Origin: Planctomycetota bacterium
GTDB lineage: Bacteria > Planctomycetota > Phycisphaerae > UBA1845
Length of the DNA: 64,000 nt
Assembly: GCA_016200265.1 (NCBI GenBank)
Contig: JACQFE010000038.1
Location: 13,539-77,538, forward strand
Reading direction: 5' to 3'
Made by a program: the position numbers and the translations under genes. The notes below the pieces were generated by a model. It saw nothing but the letters and a program-made list of their open reading frames with translations, ran no database searches and had not been told where the DNA came from. Positions 9,048 through 17,048 of this stretch are shown piece by piece. Every line of letters starts with the position of its first letter. The stretch's first letter is position 1.

Positions 9048-9129
9048 GAAGATGCGGGGGCACATGATTTCCACGTAGATAGAACGTTAAAGGTGATCGG
9101 CGAATTGTGGGAATTCGGCGAGCCCCGAG

Positions 9130-10980
9130 CTATGGCGCTACGAAGACTTGCTGCAGGCCGGAGAAGTCTTTGAGGTCCACGTCGCCATCGACATCGAAGT
9201 CGAAGGCTGCGCAGTTTGGCATTTCCGAGATGCGGCCGTCAGGGAGCGGTCCACTTGCGCACGTCGCCCAATTCGCGAAGTCCGCGATATTCACGCTTTG
9301 ATTGCAATCGAAGTCACCGATGCCGAATTCGTACGCGCCGATATCTGTGCGGCCGCAGAGGATGCGAGGGTGGCCGTCGAGGTCGGTTTCGCCGAAAGTA
9401 GGTGTGAATTTCGGATCGCCTGCGTTAATGCATGGCGAGCCGACGGAAAGCCGCAGGTCATCATCATTGGTGCCGGCGATTCCGTCTGCGCCAAGAGGAT
9501 CGACAAAATCTGGATCGACGTCGATGTTGAAAAAGCTGTAAAAACAGGGCTGCGGATCGGGAAGCCCTTGGATGTTTGAATACTCGACAATCATGCAATG
9601 CCCCCCCAACTCGTATCCGCCGTCGCGGAAGATGGAGTTGCAAATCTCCATTGAGTCAGATTGAACGCATGGACCGAAAGCGGCACGAACCGAATTATTC
9701 AAAAACGTGCTGTTGTAGGCTCTGAAATCACTTTGAGCATCGATGGCACCAACCGAAAGGCCAAGATTCCCATTGAAAAGGCTATTCGTAACCGCGACAT
9801 TTTTCGCAGTCACTGCGCCGCCTCCAGCCCCAAAGTTACCAACGAATTGGCAGTGATCGATTGAGGTCTCGTTTGCACTGATCGCCGCGAAGCTATTTTG
9901 ACCTGGTGTGCCGTTGTTTAGAAATTGGCAGTTCGAAAAATGGAAAACCCCGTTGAACGCGTTGTAGGTAGTAATTCCGCCGATGGCATTGCGCACAAAG
10001 GTTGAGTTTGTCACGGTGCCGCCACCGAGATTCGCGGCGCTTCCCTTATTGTCCGCAAACGTACACTGATAAATTGTGCATTCCTGGCTGTAAGACTCGG
10101 AATCGGCGCAGCTTGCGGCCGCCCAAGGCTGAATTTGTGAGCCGTTTGCTACGAATTTAGAGTGAATGTATCGCACCGGAGGTGGCGCTTCGACAGCGGA
10201 AAACGCGTTCTGATAAAAAACACAGTCGCGAAAAATGACGGAGGAAGCCGTCACGGATACCGCACCGCCGTAGGGAAAGTTGGTATTGCCATCGCGTTGC
10301 GTAGCTTCGCCACCCGTGAATGTCAGCCCGTCAAACAAAACATTCGATCCAGCCTGCGTCACTCGCACGACGTTACCGCTGTTGTCGCATCGCGTTGGTC
10401 GGCAGATGTCGCAACAAATTCCCGCAGCCGCCACGGAACAGTATTGCAACCACCCCCCACGGGGGTTTGAAACGCATCGCGCATAATCGGGAATGTCTGC
10501 GACAACTGCTGCTGCACACGTCGGATTGTCGCAACCGAGGTGGCCCGGGCCACGATTCGTGCAGCAGTTGCTTGTGACCAATGCGTCGGGATCGGGAAAG
10601 TCGTCGCCAGCCAAATCGCCGCTGAGGACGACAAGATGGGCCTGCGGGCCGCGTTGGTCAGGGCACTCTTCGAAGCCTCCGAAACCACCGTAAAGAGAGA
10701 CGTCGCCCGCAGGCTCAAATGCCAAGCGAACGTCGCCGGTTCCGCGATCGGGCTTGTACGTCCCTTCGGCAATCCAGATATCGCACGGACAACTCCCATT
10801 GAGGGCGACATTATCTAGAGCGTCCTGCAAGTCGACATAGGCATCGAGCCAACTCATGCCGTCATTTCTCCCATTGGCCGACTTGCTCACATAAATGATT
10901 CTCGCAGGTTGCGCCGAAGCGGGGCCGATGAGCAGCGTGATCGCGAGGATTGCAAGTGCGCAGTGTATTTGGTCAAACAT
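9130..10980 (-). CDS. Secreted right-handed beta-helix (pectate-lyase-like/adhesin-like) repeat protein with C-terminal dockerin/EF-hand-like module
   Basis: The signal peptide MFDQIHCALAILAITLLIGPASAQP starts at 10980. Repeated N-x-[AF]/G-G-A-[IV] beta-helix rungs are present (FRDCVFYQNAF.., CTFADNKGSAANLGGG, STFVRNAIGG, CQFVGNFGAGGGAV, SLFNGNLG). The C-terminus is DFDCNQSVNIADF...DFDVDGDVDLKDF. Confidence 0.7.
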   Translation of the reverse strand: MFDQIHCALAILAITLLIGPASAQPARIIYVSKSANGRNDGMSWLDAYVDLQDALDNVALNGSCPCDIWIAEGTYKPDRGTGDVRLAFEPAGDVSLYGGFGGFEECPDQRGPQAHLVVLSGDLAGDDFPDPDALVTSNCCTNRGPGHLGCDNPTCAAAVVADIPDYARCVSNPRGGWLQYCSVAAAGICCDICRPTRCDNSGNVVRVTQAGSNVLFDGLTFTGGEATQRDGNTNFPYGGAVSVTASSVIFRDCVFYQNAFSAVEAPPPVRYIHSKFVANGSQIQPWAAASCADSESYSQECTIYQCTFADNKGSAANLGGGTVTNSTFVRNAIGGITTYNAFNGVFHFSNCQFLNNGTPGQNSFAAISANETSIDHCQFVGNFGAGGGAVTAKNVAVTNSLFNGNLGLSVGAIDAQSDFRAYNSTFLNNSVRAAFGPCVQSDSMEICNSIFRDGGYELGGHCMIVEYSNIQGLPDPQPCFYSFFNIDVDPDFVDPLGADGIAGTNDDDLRLSVGSPCINAGDPKFTPTFGETDLDGHPRILCGRTDIGAYEFGIGDFDCNQSVNIADFANWATCASGPLPDGRISEMPNCAAFDFDVDGDVDLKDFSGLQQVFVAP

Positions 10981-11110
10981 GTTAAGAAGCTCCAAGGCGC
11001 GTGCATGCCACCCACCATTACAACACGCGAACACCGCACTTGGCGGGAGAAATTTCGGAAATTTTTAGATTGCGGCGTATTTGTACTTGCAAGGTCGAGT
11101 GTTGAGACTT

Positions 11111-11167
11111 ACCCCCTTCAGGCTCCCTCCTTGGTCGCCTTCAGCCCCCCTTGTAAAGGGGGGAGGC
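11111..11167. repeat. GC palindromic element (ACCCCCTT...CCCCCCTTGTAAAGGGGGGAGGC)
   Basis: Perfect hairpin CCCCCCTT-gta-AAGGGGGG at 11145-11163. It lies about 55 nt downstream of the RNase P RNA 3-prime end on the minus strand. A related copy occurs at 52723-52757. Confidence 0.75.
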
Positions 11168-11221
11168 TTCGTCGTATGTGCGTTTTGTCCGTTCGCGAAT
11201 GTGCAGTTTGCTTAGGAAATT

Positions 11222-11969
11222 GGCCGTGGAGCGGGCGGTAAGCCGAATCCTGTTCGTCCGCGTTTACTTACCGCTTCCTTACGGGGCGCGGCTCTGTTCA
11301 AGAAACCGCGCGAACTGAAGTTCGCGGCTCGCGTTTGGGCGCGGCTCGGAAAATATATGGTGCATCAAGATGCACCCTACGAAGTGCGGACGCGGCGATC
11401 ATGTGTCTAGGTCGGCGGTCACCCGTCGACTCAAGCGCCCTACCCGCAGCTGTCGAGCTTTCGCTCATCGAGGCGGGCCGCCTCTCGCTGCTTATTTGGG
11501 CTTGCTGGCGGTGGGGTTTGCCCTGCCGCGATGGTCACCCACCGCGCGGTGCGCTCTTACCGCACCATTTCACCCTTACCGGGGAAACGTTGAAACATCG
11601 AAAAGTCGAAATAACGTCGTTCAATAGAGGAGAAAATCGAGCGATCCGAACGATCATTTCACAAGGCGGCCAAGGAGATTCAAAGCCCCTAAGAAAATCC
11701 AATGAATCGTCGGGCCGATTGACCGACCGATTCGATTCAAATGTCCTGCCCTTTTGATCCCAAGGTGCTTTCCTTTTCGATATTTCGACTTTTCGATGTT
11801 TCAACGCTTCCCCGGCGGTTTGTTTTCTGTGGCACTTTCCCTCGGCTTACGCCGGGTTGGCGTTACCAACCACCGTACCCTGTCCAGTTCGGACTTTCCT
11901 CTCGAAGGGTATTGGCCGCAAGCATCGAGATTGCGCCCTTCGAGCGATCGCCTTGCCCGCTCCACGGCC
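11222..11969 (-). ncRNA. rnpB: RNase P RNA, bacterial type A, unusually long (about 748 nt)
   Basis: All conserved blocks are present on the minus strand:
- GAGGAAAGTCCGAAC (11901-11887).
- ACAGAAAACAAACCGCC.
- AAGGGTGAAATGGTGCGGTAAGAGCGCACC (about 11577-11548).
- GGCAAACCCCACCGCCAGCAAGCCCAAATAAG.
- GGGTAGGGCGCTTGAG.
- CCTAGAC.
- ACAGGATTCGGCTTA.
P1 is formed by GGCCGTGGAGCGGGC (11969-11955) pairing with GCCCGCTCCACGGCC (11236-11222). P4 shows compensatory changes relative to my recollection of E. coli M1 RNA (AAGUCCGAA pairs with UUCGGCUU). The ends are good to about 10 nt. Confidence 0.88.
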
Positions 11970-11975
11970 ATTGGC

Positions 11976-11981
11976 ATTGTA
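11976..11981 (-). promoter_or_regulatory. Candidate -10 box (TACAAT) for rnpB
   Basis: Minus strand reads ...GAATTGTGTACAATgccaatGGCCGTGGAGC. TACAAT ends 6 nt before the first P1 nucleotide. No convincing -35 was seen. Confidence 0.35.
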
Positions 11982-12004
11982 CACAATTCGTGCGGGGTGG
12001 ACTA

Positions 12005-12071
12005 GAAGTTCAAAGTTTGAAATTCGAAGTTCGAAGGAAGATCGAAGAGCGAATGGCGAAGATTGAAGAAT
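12005..12071. repeat. Composite heptad array: block A GAAGTTC-type (12005-12036) plus block B GAAGAKC/GAATGGC-type (12037-12071)
   Basis: gaagttc aaagttt gaaattc gaagttc gaag | gaagatc gaagagc gaatggc gaagatt gaagaat. Positions 12043-12063 are identical to 47425-47445 (21 nt). Confidence 0.85.
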
Positions 12072-12213
12072 GTAAAGGCAACATGGCATAAAAACCCGGA
12101 GAAATCGCGGAATCCGAGAAGGTTCGCTTCGCTCAGCATGACAAGTCCTTTGGTCAGAATGACGGTCGCGCGGTCAGTGGACACGGTTCCTCAAACGCAC
12201 AATAATCTCGTTC

Positions 12214-12825
12214 ATGGAAACGCAGCGTATTGAACAATTTCGAAAAATGGCCAAGGAAGACCCGGATAATGAGTTGGGTCATTTCAGCCTTGGGAAGGCC
12301 TGTCTGGATGCGGGAATGCCTAAGGATGCGATCGCGCCGCTGGCACGGGCGATTGAACTGAAGGCGACGCTTTCAAAGGCGTATCAACTGCTGGGCGAAG
12401 CGCATGATCGTGCCGGTCAACGAGCCAAGGCGATCGATGTCCTGACGCGGGGCGTGAAGATTGCGGACGCCCAGGGTGACCGAATGCCGCGTGATGCGAT
12501 GGCGAAAATGCTTCGCGATTGGGGCGCACCGGTGCCGGAATTCAAGTCCGCATCGGCAGGGGGTTCAACCGCCGGCGACACCGGATCGGTGTCGGCCACC
12601 GGATTTCATTGCACGCGCTGCGGACGACCGACGGGTCAACTCGCCAAGCCGCCGTTCAAGGGCGAAATCGGCAGCAAGATATACGACCATATTTGCCAAA
12701 GCTGCTGGCGAGAGTGGATCGGCATGGGGACCAAAGTCATCAACGAATTGGGTCTCGTGCTAAGCACACAAAGCGGCCAGCAGGCGTACGATCAATACAT
12801 GTTGGAATTTCTGCAGCTCGAATAG
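12214..12825 (+). CDS. TPR-domain protein fused to Fe(2+)-trafficking / oxidative-damage protection protein YggX
   Basis: The C-terminal 75 aa (FHCTRCGRPTGQLAKPPFKGEIGSKIYDHICQSCWREWIGMGTKVINELGLVLSTQSGQQAYDQYMLEFL) follow the YggX pattern. The N-terminal roughly 110 aa are TPR-like helices. Confidence 0.8.
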   Translation: METQRIEQFRKMAKEDPDNELGHFSLGKACLDAGMPKDAIAPLARAIELKATLSKAYQLLGEAHDRAGQRAKAIDVLTRGVKIADAQGDRMPRDAMAKMLRDWGAPVPEFKSASAGGSTAGDTGSVSATGFHCTRCGRPTGQLAKPPFKGEIGSKIYDHICQSCWREWIGMGTKVINELGLVLSTQSGQQAYDQYMLEFLQLE

Positions 12826-12866
12826 CAAGTCACATTTCACGCCCGTTCAGACGCGAAGAAAAAGAT

Positions 12867-12932
12867 CGAAGTGCGAATACTGAAGATCGAAAAAAGCGAT
12901 CAACCCCTTCGATCTTCGCCATTCGCACTTCG
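12867..12932 (-). terminator. Long hairpin built from inverted GAA-heptad blocks; likely intrinsic terminator for the pseudopilin gene (possibly bidirectional)
   Basis: CGAAGTGCGAAT (12867-78) pairs with ATTCGCACTTCG (12921-32). GAAGATCGAA (12882-91) pairs with TTCGATCTTC (12908-17). The stem has a 3x3 internal loop and a 16-nt apical loop. On the minus strand it is followed by ATCTTTTTCTTCG. Confidence 0.6.
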
Positions 12933-12948
12933 CTCTTGGTCACCTCGG

Positions 12949-13479
12949 TCAATACTCGTCGTACGCTTGTGAATTGTCCAGATTGGCGTCGTCGGAGTTG
13001 GCGATGATTTCGCCGGTGGTCGGATTGTAGACCCATCCTTCTGTCCCTGCGGTCACGACTGGCGGAGAACTCGTGGTGTCGATCGCGATGCCGGTGCTTT
13101 GTTGGTTCTTTCCAACCGGCAAGACTGGAATCTTGCGAAGGTAGGGTCCATATTGATGTTGCACATCTCTTGACGCCGCGACGGTGCCGTCGGGCGTTGA
13201 ATATTTTGTAAGCTGGCTGATGAATGCAGCCGCGGAGTTGGCGGCACCTCCCGATCCATCCGCCTGGCTTCCGGGGAGCGCATGGTTGTGTTCGGCGGCA
13301 TACATGTCGATGGCCTTTCGCATCGTGACCAGATCACTTGCGAGGGCGTTTTCCGCTGATCGGCCATACGACGTGGATATGCGCGGCACCGCAATCGCGG
13401 CGATCACGCCAATGATCACCACGACGATGACCAATTCGACGAGGCTGAAACTCTTGCGAAGCATCATGACTGGGTCCAT
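12949..13479 (-). CDS. Type II secretion/type IV pilin-like pseudopilin (prepilin N-terminal cleavage/methylation domain)
   Basis: The N-terminus RKSFSLVELVIVVVIIGVIAAIAVP matches the prepilin-type motif (F-[ST]-L-[IV]-E-L plus a hydrophobic helix). Confidence 0.8.
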   Translation of the reverse strand: MDPVMMLRKSFSLVELVIVVVIIGVIAAIAVPRISTSYGRSAENALASDLVTMRKAIDMYAAEHNHALPGSQADGSGGAANSAAAFISQLTKYSTPDGTVAASRDVQHQYGPYLRKIPVLPVGKNQQSTGIAIDTTSSPPVVTAGTEGWVYNPTTGEIIANSDDANLDNSQAYDEY

Positions 13480-13646
13480 CGGACTCGGCGCATCGACCGC
13501 GCAATTCTGTCCAGAGCTCTAATTCCCAGGCAGTATTAGGGTTCCTTCCTGGGAATCGGAAAACGCCGATACCCACTGAATCCACCGCAAGTCAGTGCCG
13601 ATAATAACGTGAAAGTGTCCATCTCCTGCAGAAAGGACTTGTTCGC

Positions 13647-14906
13647 ATGATGGTATTGATCCAACGTCCAAGTGTGAAAATCTCGGTGCGAGGCGCTCGC
13701 CCCAATGCGCCCCTTGCTCTTGCCGCATTGCTATCAATATTTTGGGCAGCGACGACTACGGCAAGAGCCTCATATCATTTCATGCAAATTGAACAAATCA
13801 TTGCGGGCGTTGACGGCGACGTGACCGCTCAGGCCGTACAACTTCGCATGAGGCAGAACGGGCAGAATTTCGTCAGCAAAGCGCGACTCGTGGCGTGGGA
13901 CGCGAACGGAGCAAACCCGATCGTGGTGGTTGACGTCTCGGCTGACGTCGCGAACGCATTGGCTGGTGACCGTGTTCTTTTGACAAGCACTCGCTTCTCG
14001 TCGTACACGTCGCCGGCGGCGCAGCCGGACGCGCTTTTTCAAAATCGGATACCACAGTCGTATCTTGCGGCCGGAAGCCTCACATGGGAAAACGATGACG
14101 GGACGCTGCTGGTTTGGCGATTGAGTTGGGGTGGGGATGCGTATACGGGAGATACGACGGGTGCACTTACCAATGATGATGACCGGGAATTTGGTCCGCC
14201 CGTCGCCGATCCACTTCCGACGGACGGGCTGGCAGCACTTCTATTTCAAGGTATATCTGACGCCAAGAGTTCGACGAACCTGGCCGACTATGCGTTGACG
14301 AGTGCCGCGGCATTGTTCACGAACAACGCAGGTACGTCATTTCAAGTGACGAAACTGCAGTGCCCGAACGATCCAGACAACGACATTGATGGCGATCACG
14401 TCTGCGGCGACGTCGACAATTGTCCGACGATCTCAAACCCCGATCAATTGGATTCGGATGGTGACGGCGTGGGCGACGCCTGCGACGTATGCCCGGACGA
14501 TCCGCGCACGTCCACCGACCCTACGATTTGCGCACAGACCGGTGGGAACACCGGCGGTACGACTGGTGGAACCGTTGGCAGCTCGGGTTCAGGGACAGGC
14601 GGCTCAGGAAGCGGGACCGGCATCACAGGTGGCGGCAATACAACCGGAGGCTCTGGAACAGGCTCTACGACGGGCAATACAGGCTCCACGGGCGGCACTG
14701 GGACGGATGGGGGCGGAGCCACTGGAAGCGACTCCGGCGGCGCGGGCAATGATGGAGCTGGTTCGACCGGTGACGGAACAGGTTCGATCAGCGGCCCACG
14801 CGCCTGTGGTATCGGCCTCCTACCCGTATTCTTTTTCTTTACATTGCGAATAGCGAAACTTGCCGGTGGGAAACGCGACAGGCCTTCAGTGAGCATCGCA
14901 CCGTAA
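13647..14906 (+). CDS. Secreted protein with thrombospondin type-3-like Ca-binding repeats, Gly/Thr/Ser-rich linker and C-terminal hydrophobic anchor
   Basis: A signal peptide ends ...AATTTARA. The motif [48 protein letters not shown] is present. About 90 aa are G/T/S low complexity. The C-terminus is [23 protein letters not shown]. Confidence 0.65.
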   Translation: MMVLIQRPSVKISVRGARPNAPLALAALLSIFWAATTTARASYHFMQIEQIIAGVDGDVTAQAVQLRMRQNGQNFVSKARLVAWDANGANPIVVVDVSADVANALAGDRVLLTSTRFSSYTSPAAQPDALFQNRIPQSYLAAGSLTWENDDGTLLVWRLSWGGDAYTGDTTGALTNDDDREFGPPVADPLPTDGLAALLFQGISDAKSSTNLADYALTSAAALFTNNAGTSFQVTKLQCPNDPDNDIDGDHVCGDVDNCPTISNPDQLDSDGDGVGDACDVCPDDPRTSTDPTICAQTGGNTGGTTGGTVGSSGSGTGGSGSGTGITGGGNTTGGSGTGSTTGNTGSTGGTGTDGGGATGSDSGGAGNDGAGSTGDGTGSISGPRACGIGLLPVFFFFTLRIAKLAGGKRDRPSVSIAP

Positions 14907-14948
14907 CTGAATCATTGGCTCATTCACTTTGATGATTCGATCAAACCG

Positions 14949-16559
14949 TCACGCTCGCACGGGCGCACCGACTTGCGGGCCCGCAGCGGCGACGGCGGCA
15001 CTGACGTTTCTGAAGGATTGGAAATTTCGCGAGAACAGCTCGGCTAAGTGCCGGGCGCGAGAATCATAAGCAATCGGATCGGACCAGGTGGAACGCGGGG
15101 TGAGCAATTCGGTCGGAACATCGGGGCATCGTTGCGGAACCATGATTCCGAAGACAGGATCAGGAGTGGTCGGCACGCCGTTCAGCCGACCGGCGAGGGC
15201 CGCTGAAACGAGCGCCCGTGTGTAACGCAGGCTGATTCGGTCTCCCACGCCGACTCCGCCGCCGCTCCAGCCGGTGTTCACCAGCCAGCAATCAACTCGA
15301 TGCCGCGTCAACTTCTCGCCCAGCATGGTCGCGTATCGCTCCGCCGCCAGTGGAATGAATGGCGCAGAGAAGCAGGCACTGAAAGTGGCCTGCGGCTCAG
15401 TGACACCGGCCTCGGTTCCCGCGATTTTCGCCGTGTAGCCGGACAGAAAATGGTACATCGCATGGTGCTGTGAGAGCTTCGCGATGGGCGGCAGGACTCC
15501 GAACGCATCACAGGTGAGAAACACGATGTTTCGAGGATGCCCGCCGACGCTGGGCAGAACCGCGTCCTCAATGTGCTCCAATGGATACGCGGCGCGCGTA
15601 TTCTCGGTGTACTGGCTCGAATGATAGTCGATCATTCTTGTCGCCTCGTCCATGGCCACGTTTTCAAGAACAGCGCCGAATCGAATGGCTTTGTAGATCT
15701 GCGGCTCGAGCTGCGGCGAAAGTCGAATGCACTTCGCATAACACCCGCCTTCGATATTGAACACACCGTGATCGCTCCAGCCATGCTCGTCGTCACCGAT
15801 GAGGCGACGCTCCGAATCCGCGGACAAGGTCGTCTTACCGGTGCCGCTTAGACCAAAGAAAAGCGCTACATCCCCGGCGCGGCCGACGTTGGCCGAGCAG
15901 TGCATGCTCAGCACTCCCTGGGTCGGAAGCATGTAATTCATCACCGTGAAGATGCTCTTCTTGATTTCGCCGGCGTACGACGTCCCACCGATGAGCACCA
16001 TCCGCTTGCCCATGTGAGCCACGATAAAAGACTTTGAATTTGTCCCATGGAGCGATGGGTCGGCCTGGCACGACGGCACCGAAATAACCGTGAATTTCGG
16101 CTCATGACCGGTGGTGCTTCCGGGTGCAGGGCGAATGAAAAGCTGCGATGCGAAGAGGTTATGCCAGGCGAGTTCGGTGATGACCCGAATCGGAAGACGC
16201 GAAGACTCGTCGGCTCCGGCAAACATGTCGCGCACGTACAGCCGTCGGCCACGGCAATGACGAAGAAAGTGTTCAAGCAAAGCATTGAAATGTGCTTCGC
16301 TCATTGGGCGATTGGATTTCCCCCAGGCGATCTGCTCGTGCGAACCCGGCTCATCGACGAAAAATTTGTCATTGGGTGAGCGGCCGGTGAACTTGCCGGT
16401 GCGACAAACGATCGCTCCATTGTTCGCAAGTTGGGCCTCCTGATTGCGGAGCGCCTGCTCGTAAAGTTCCGCCGCGGGCAGGTTCCAATGAATCTCTCCG
16501 CAATCCACGAAGCCGTGATGATCGAGCCCGATGCGACTTTGGCCGTATCCTTTGACCAA
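14949..16559 (-). CDS. pckA: Phosphoenolpyruvate carboxykinase (ATP)
   Basis: 536 aa with FFGLSGTGKTTLSAD (kinase-1a) and an overall ATP-PEPCK layout. The start is TTG, preceded by GAGAGGA. Confidence 0.92.
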   Translation of the reverse strand: MVKGYGQSRIGLDHHGFVDCGEIHWNLPAAELYEQALRNQEAQLANNGAIVCRTGKFTGRSPNDKFFVDEPGSHEQIAWGKSNRPMSEAHFNALLEHFLRHCRGRRLYVRDMFAGADESSRLPIRVITELAWHNLFASQLFIRPAPGSTTGHEPKFTVISVPSCQADPSLHGTNSKSFIVAHMGKRMVLIGGTSYAGEIKKSIFTVMNYMLPTQGVLSMHCSANVGRAGDVALFFGLSGTGKTTLSADSERRLIGDDEHGWSDHGVFNIEGGCYAKCIRLSPQLEPQIYKAIRFGAVLENVAMDEATRMIDYHSSQYTENTRAAYPLEHIEDAVLPSVGGHPRNIVFLTCDAFGVLPPIAKLSQHHAMYHFLSGYTAKIAGTEAGVTEPQATFSACFSAPFIPLAAERYATMLGEKLTRHRVDCWLVNTGWSGGGVGVGDRISLRYTRALVSAALAGRLNGVPTTPDPVFGIMVPQRCPDVPTELLTPRSTWSDPIAYDSRARHLAELFSRNFQSFRNVSAAVAAAGPQVGAPVRA

Positions 16560-16741
16560 CTCAATAATCCTCTCAATGATTTCGCGTTCCGCGAGCCATG
16601 AGACCGCAAAACGCTCAGTTTAAAACATCGTCGCGGCGACTACAACTCCTAAAGGCCTTGAATCGCAAGCGTCGCACTTTCATTAAAGGTCTTGAAATTC
16701 GTCACAACTCGTGTTGGTGCGATTGCACAAATGGGCGGCGA

Positions 16742-17038
16742 CTATTCGCTGGAACAATGACGACAGGTGTGGTTTTCGGGGACAGGATCAAACCCACCCC
16801 GCGCGAGCGGGCGACATCGGCAGCCCCTTCGGATCGTAAGAATGACGCCGCGAAATGCCCCATGCGACTGAAGGGCGTCCACGGCATATTCACTACAAGT
16901 GGGGTGAAAAATGCAATGACCGATCAAGTGTGGACGAACCAGAATCTGGTAAGCCTGCACCGCAACGATCAGCGCGTGGACTGGCAAATTACAAACGTGT
17001 CGAAACAAGGTTGGGCTGAGGCGTCTTCTCGCGACCAC
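16742..17038 (-). CDS. yidD: Membrane protein insertion efficiency factor YidD
   Basis: ALIVAVQAYQILVRPHLIGHCIFHPTCSEYAVDALQSHGAFRGVILTIRRGCRCRPLARGGFDPVP is the YidD signature. An in-frame GTG at 17038 avoids overlap with the upstream gene. The track start (TTG at 17104) would overlap it by 56 nt. Confidence 0.75.
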   Translation of the reverse strand: MVARRRLSPTLFRHVCNLPVHALIVAVQAYQILVRPHLIGHCIFHPTCSEYAVDALQSHGAFRGVILTIRRGCRCRPLARGGFDPVPENHTCRHCSSE

Positions 17039-17048
17039 GCCGGCGATT

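Noticed and set aside
8619-9074. N-terminal 152-aa extension of the aminotransferase ORF, and other ORFs in the 8.6-9.1 kb spacer
   Set aside because: The extension translates the CGCAGATT and heptad repeats (…ICAICGN…, …SAESAAIV…) and has no homology to aminotransferase N-termini. The canonical N-terminus (MPSSANHFLSDRIKSIGSSGIRRIF) starts at 8618.
11581-11813. Calling the P12 element a definite MITE or mobile element
   Set aside because: Only one copy is visible in this window, no target-site duplication can be discerned, and the element sits exactly at the base of a native helix. It is kept as a hypothesis in the findings rather than annotated as a mobile element.
11335-12091. Track ORFs across 11.3-12.1 kb (for example 140 aa at 11335..11757 and 116 aa at 11741..12091)
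   Set aside because: The region is fully explained by the RNase P RNA and heptad arrays. The ORFs have no SD or family features and cut across conserved RNA helices.
14540-14790. Apparent tandem DNA repeat (GGNACNGGN...) inside 13647..14906
   Set aside because: It is explained as the coding sequence of a Gly/Thr/Ser-rich linker in the secreted TSP3-repeat protein. It is in frame and continuous with the flanking domains.
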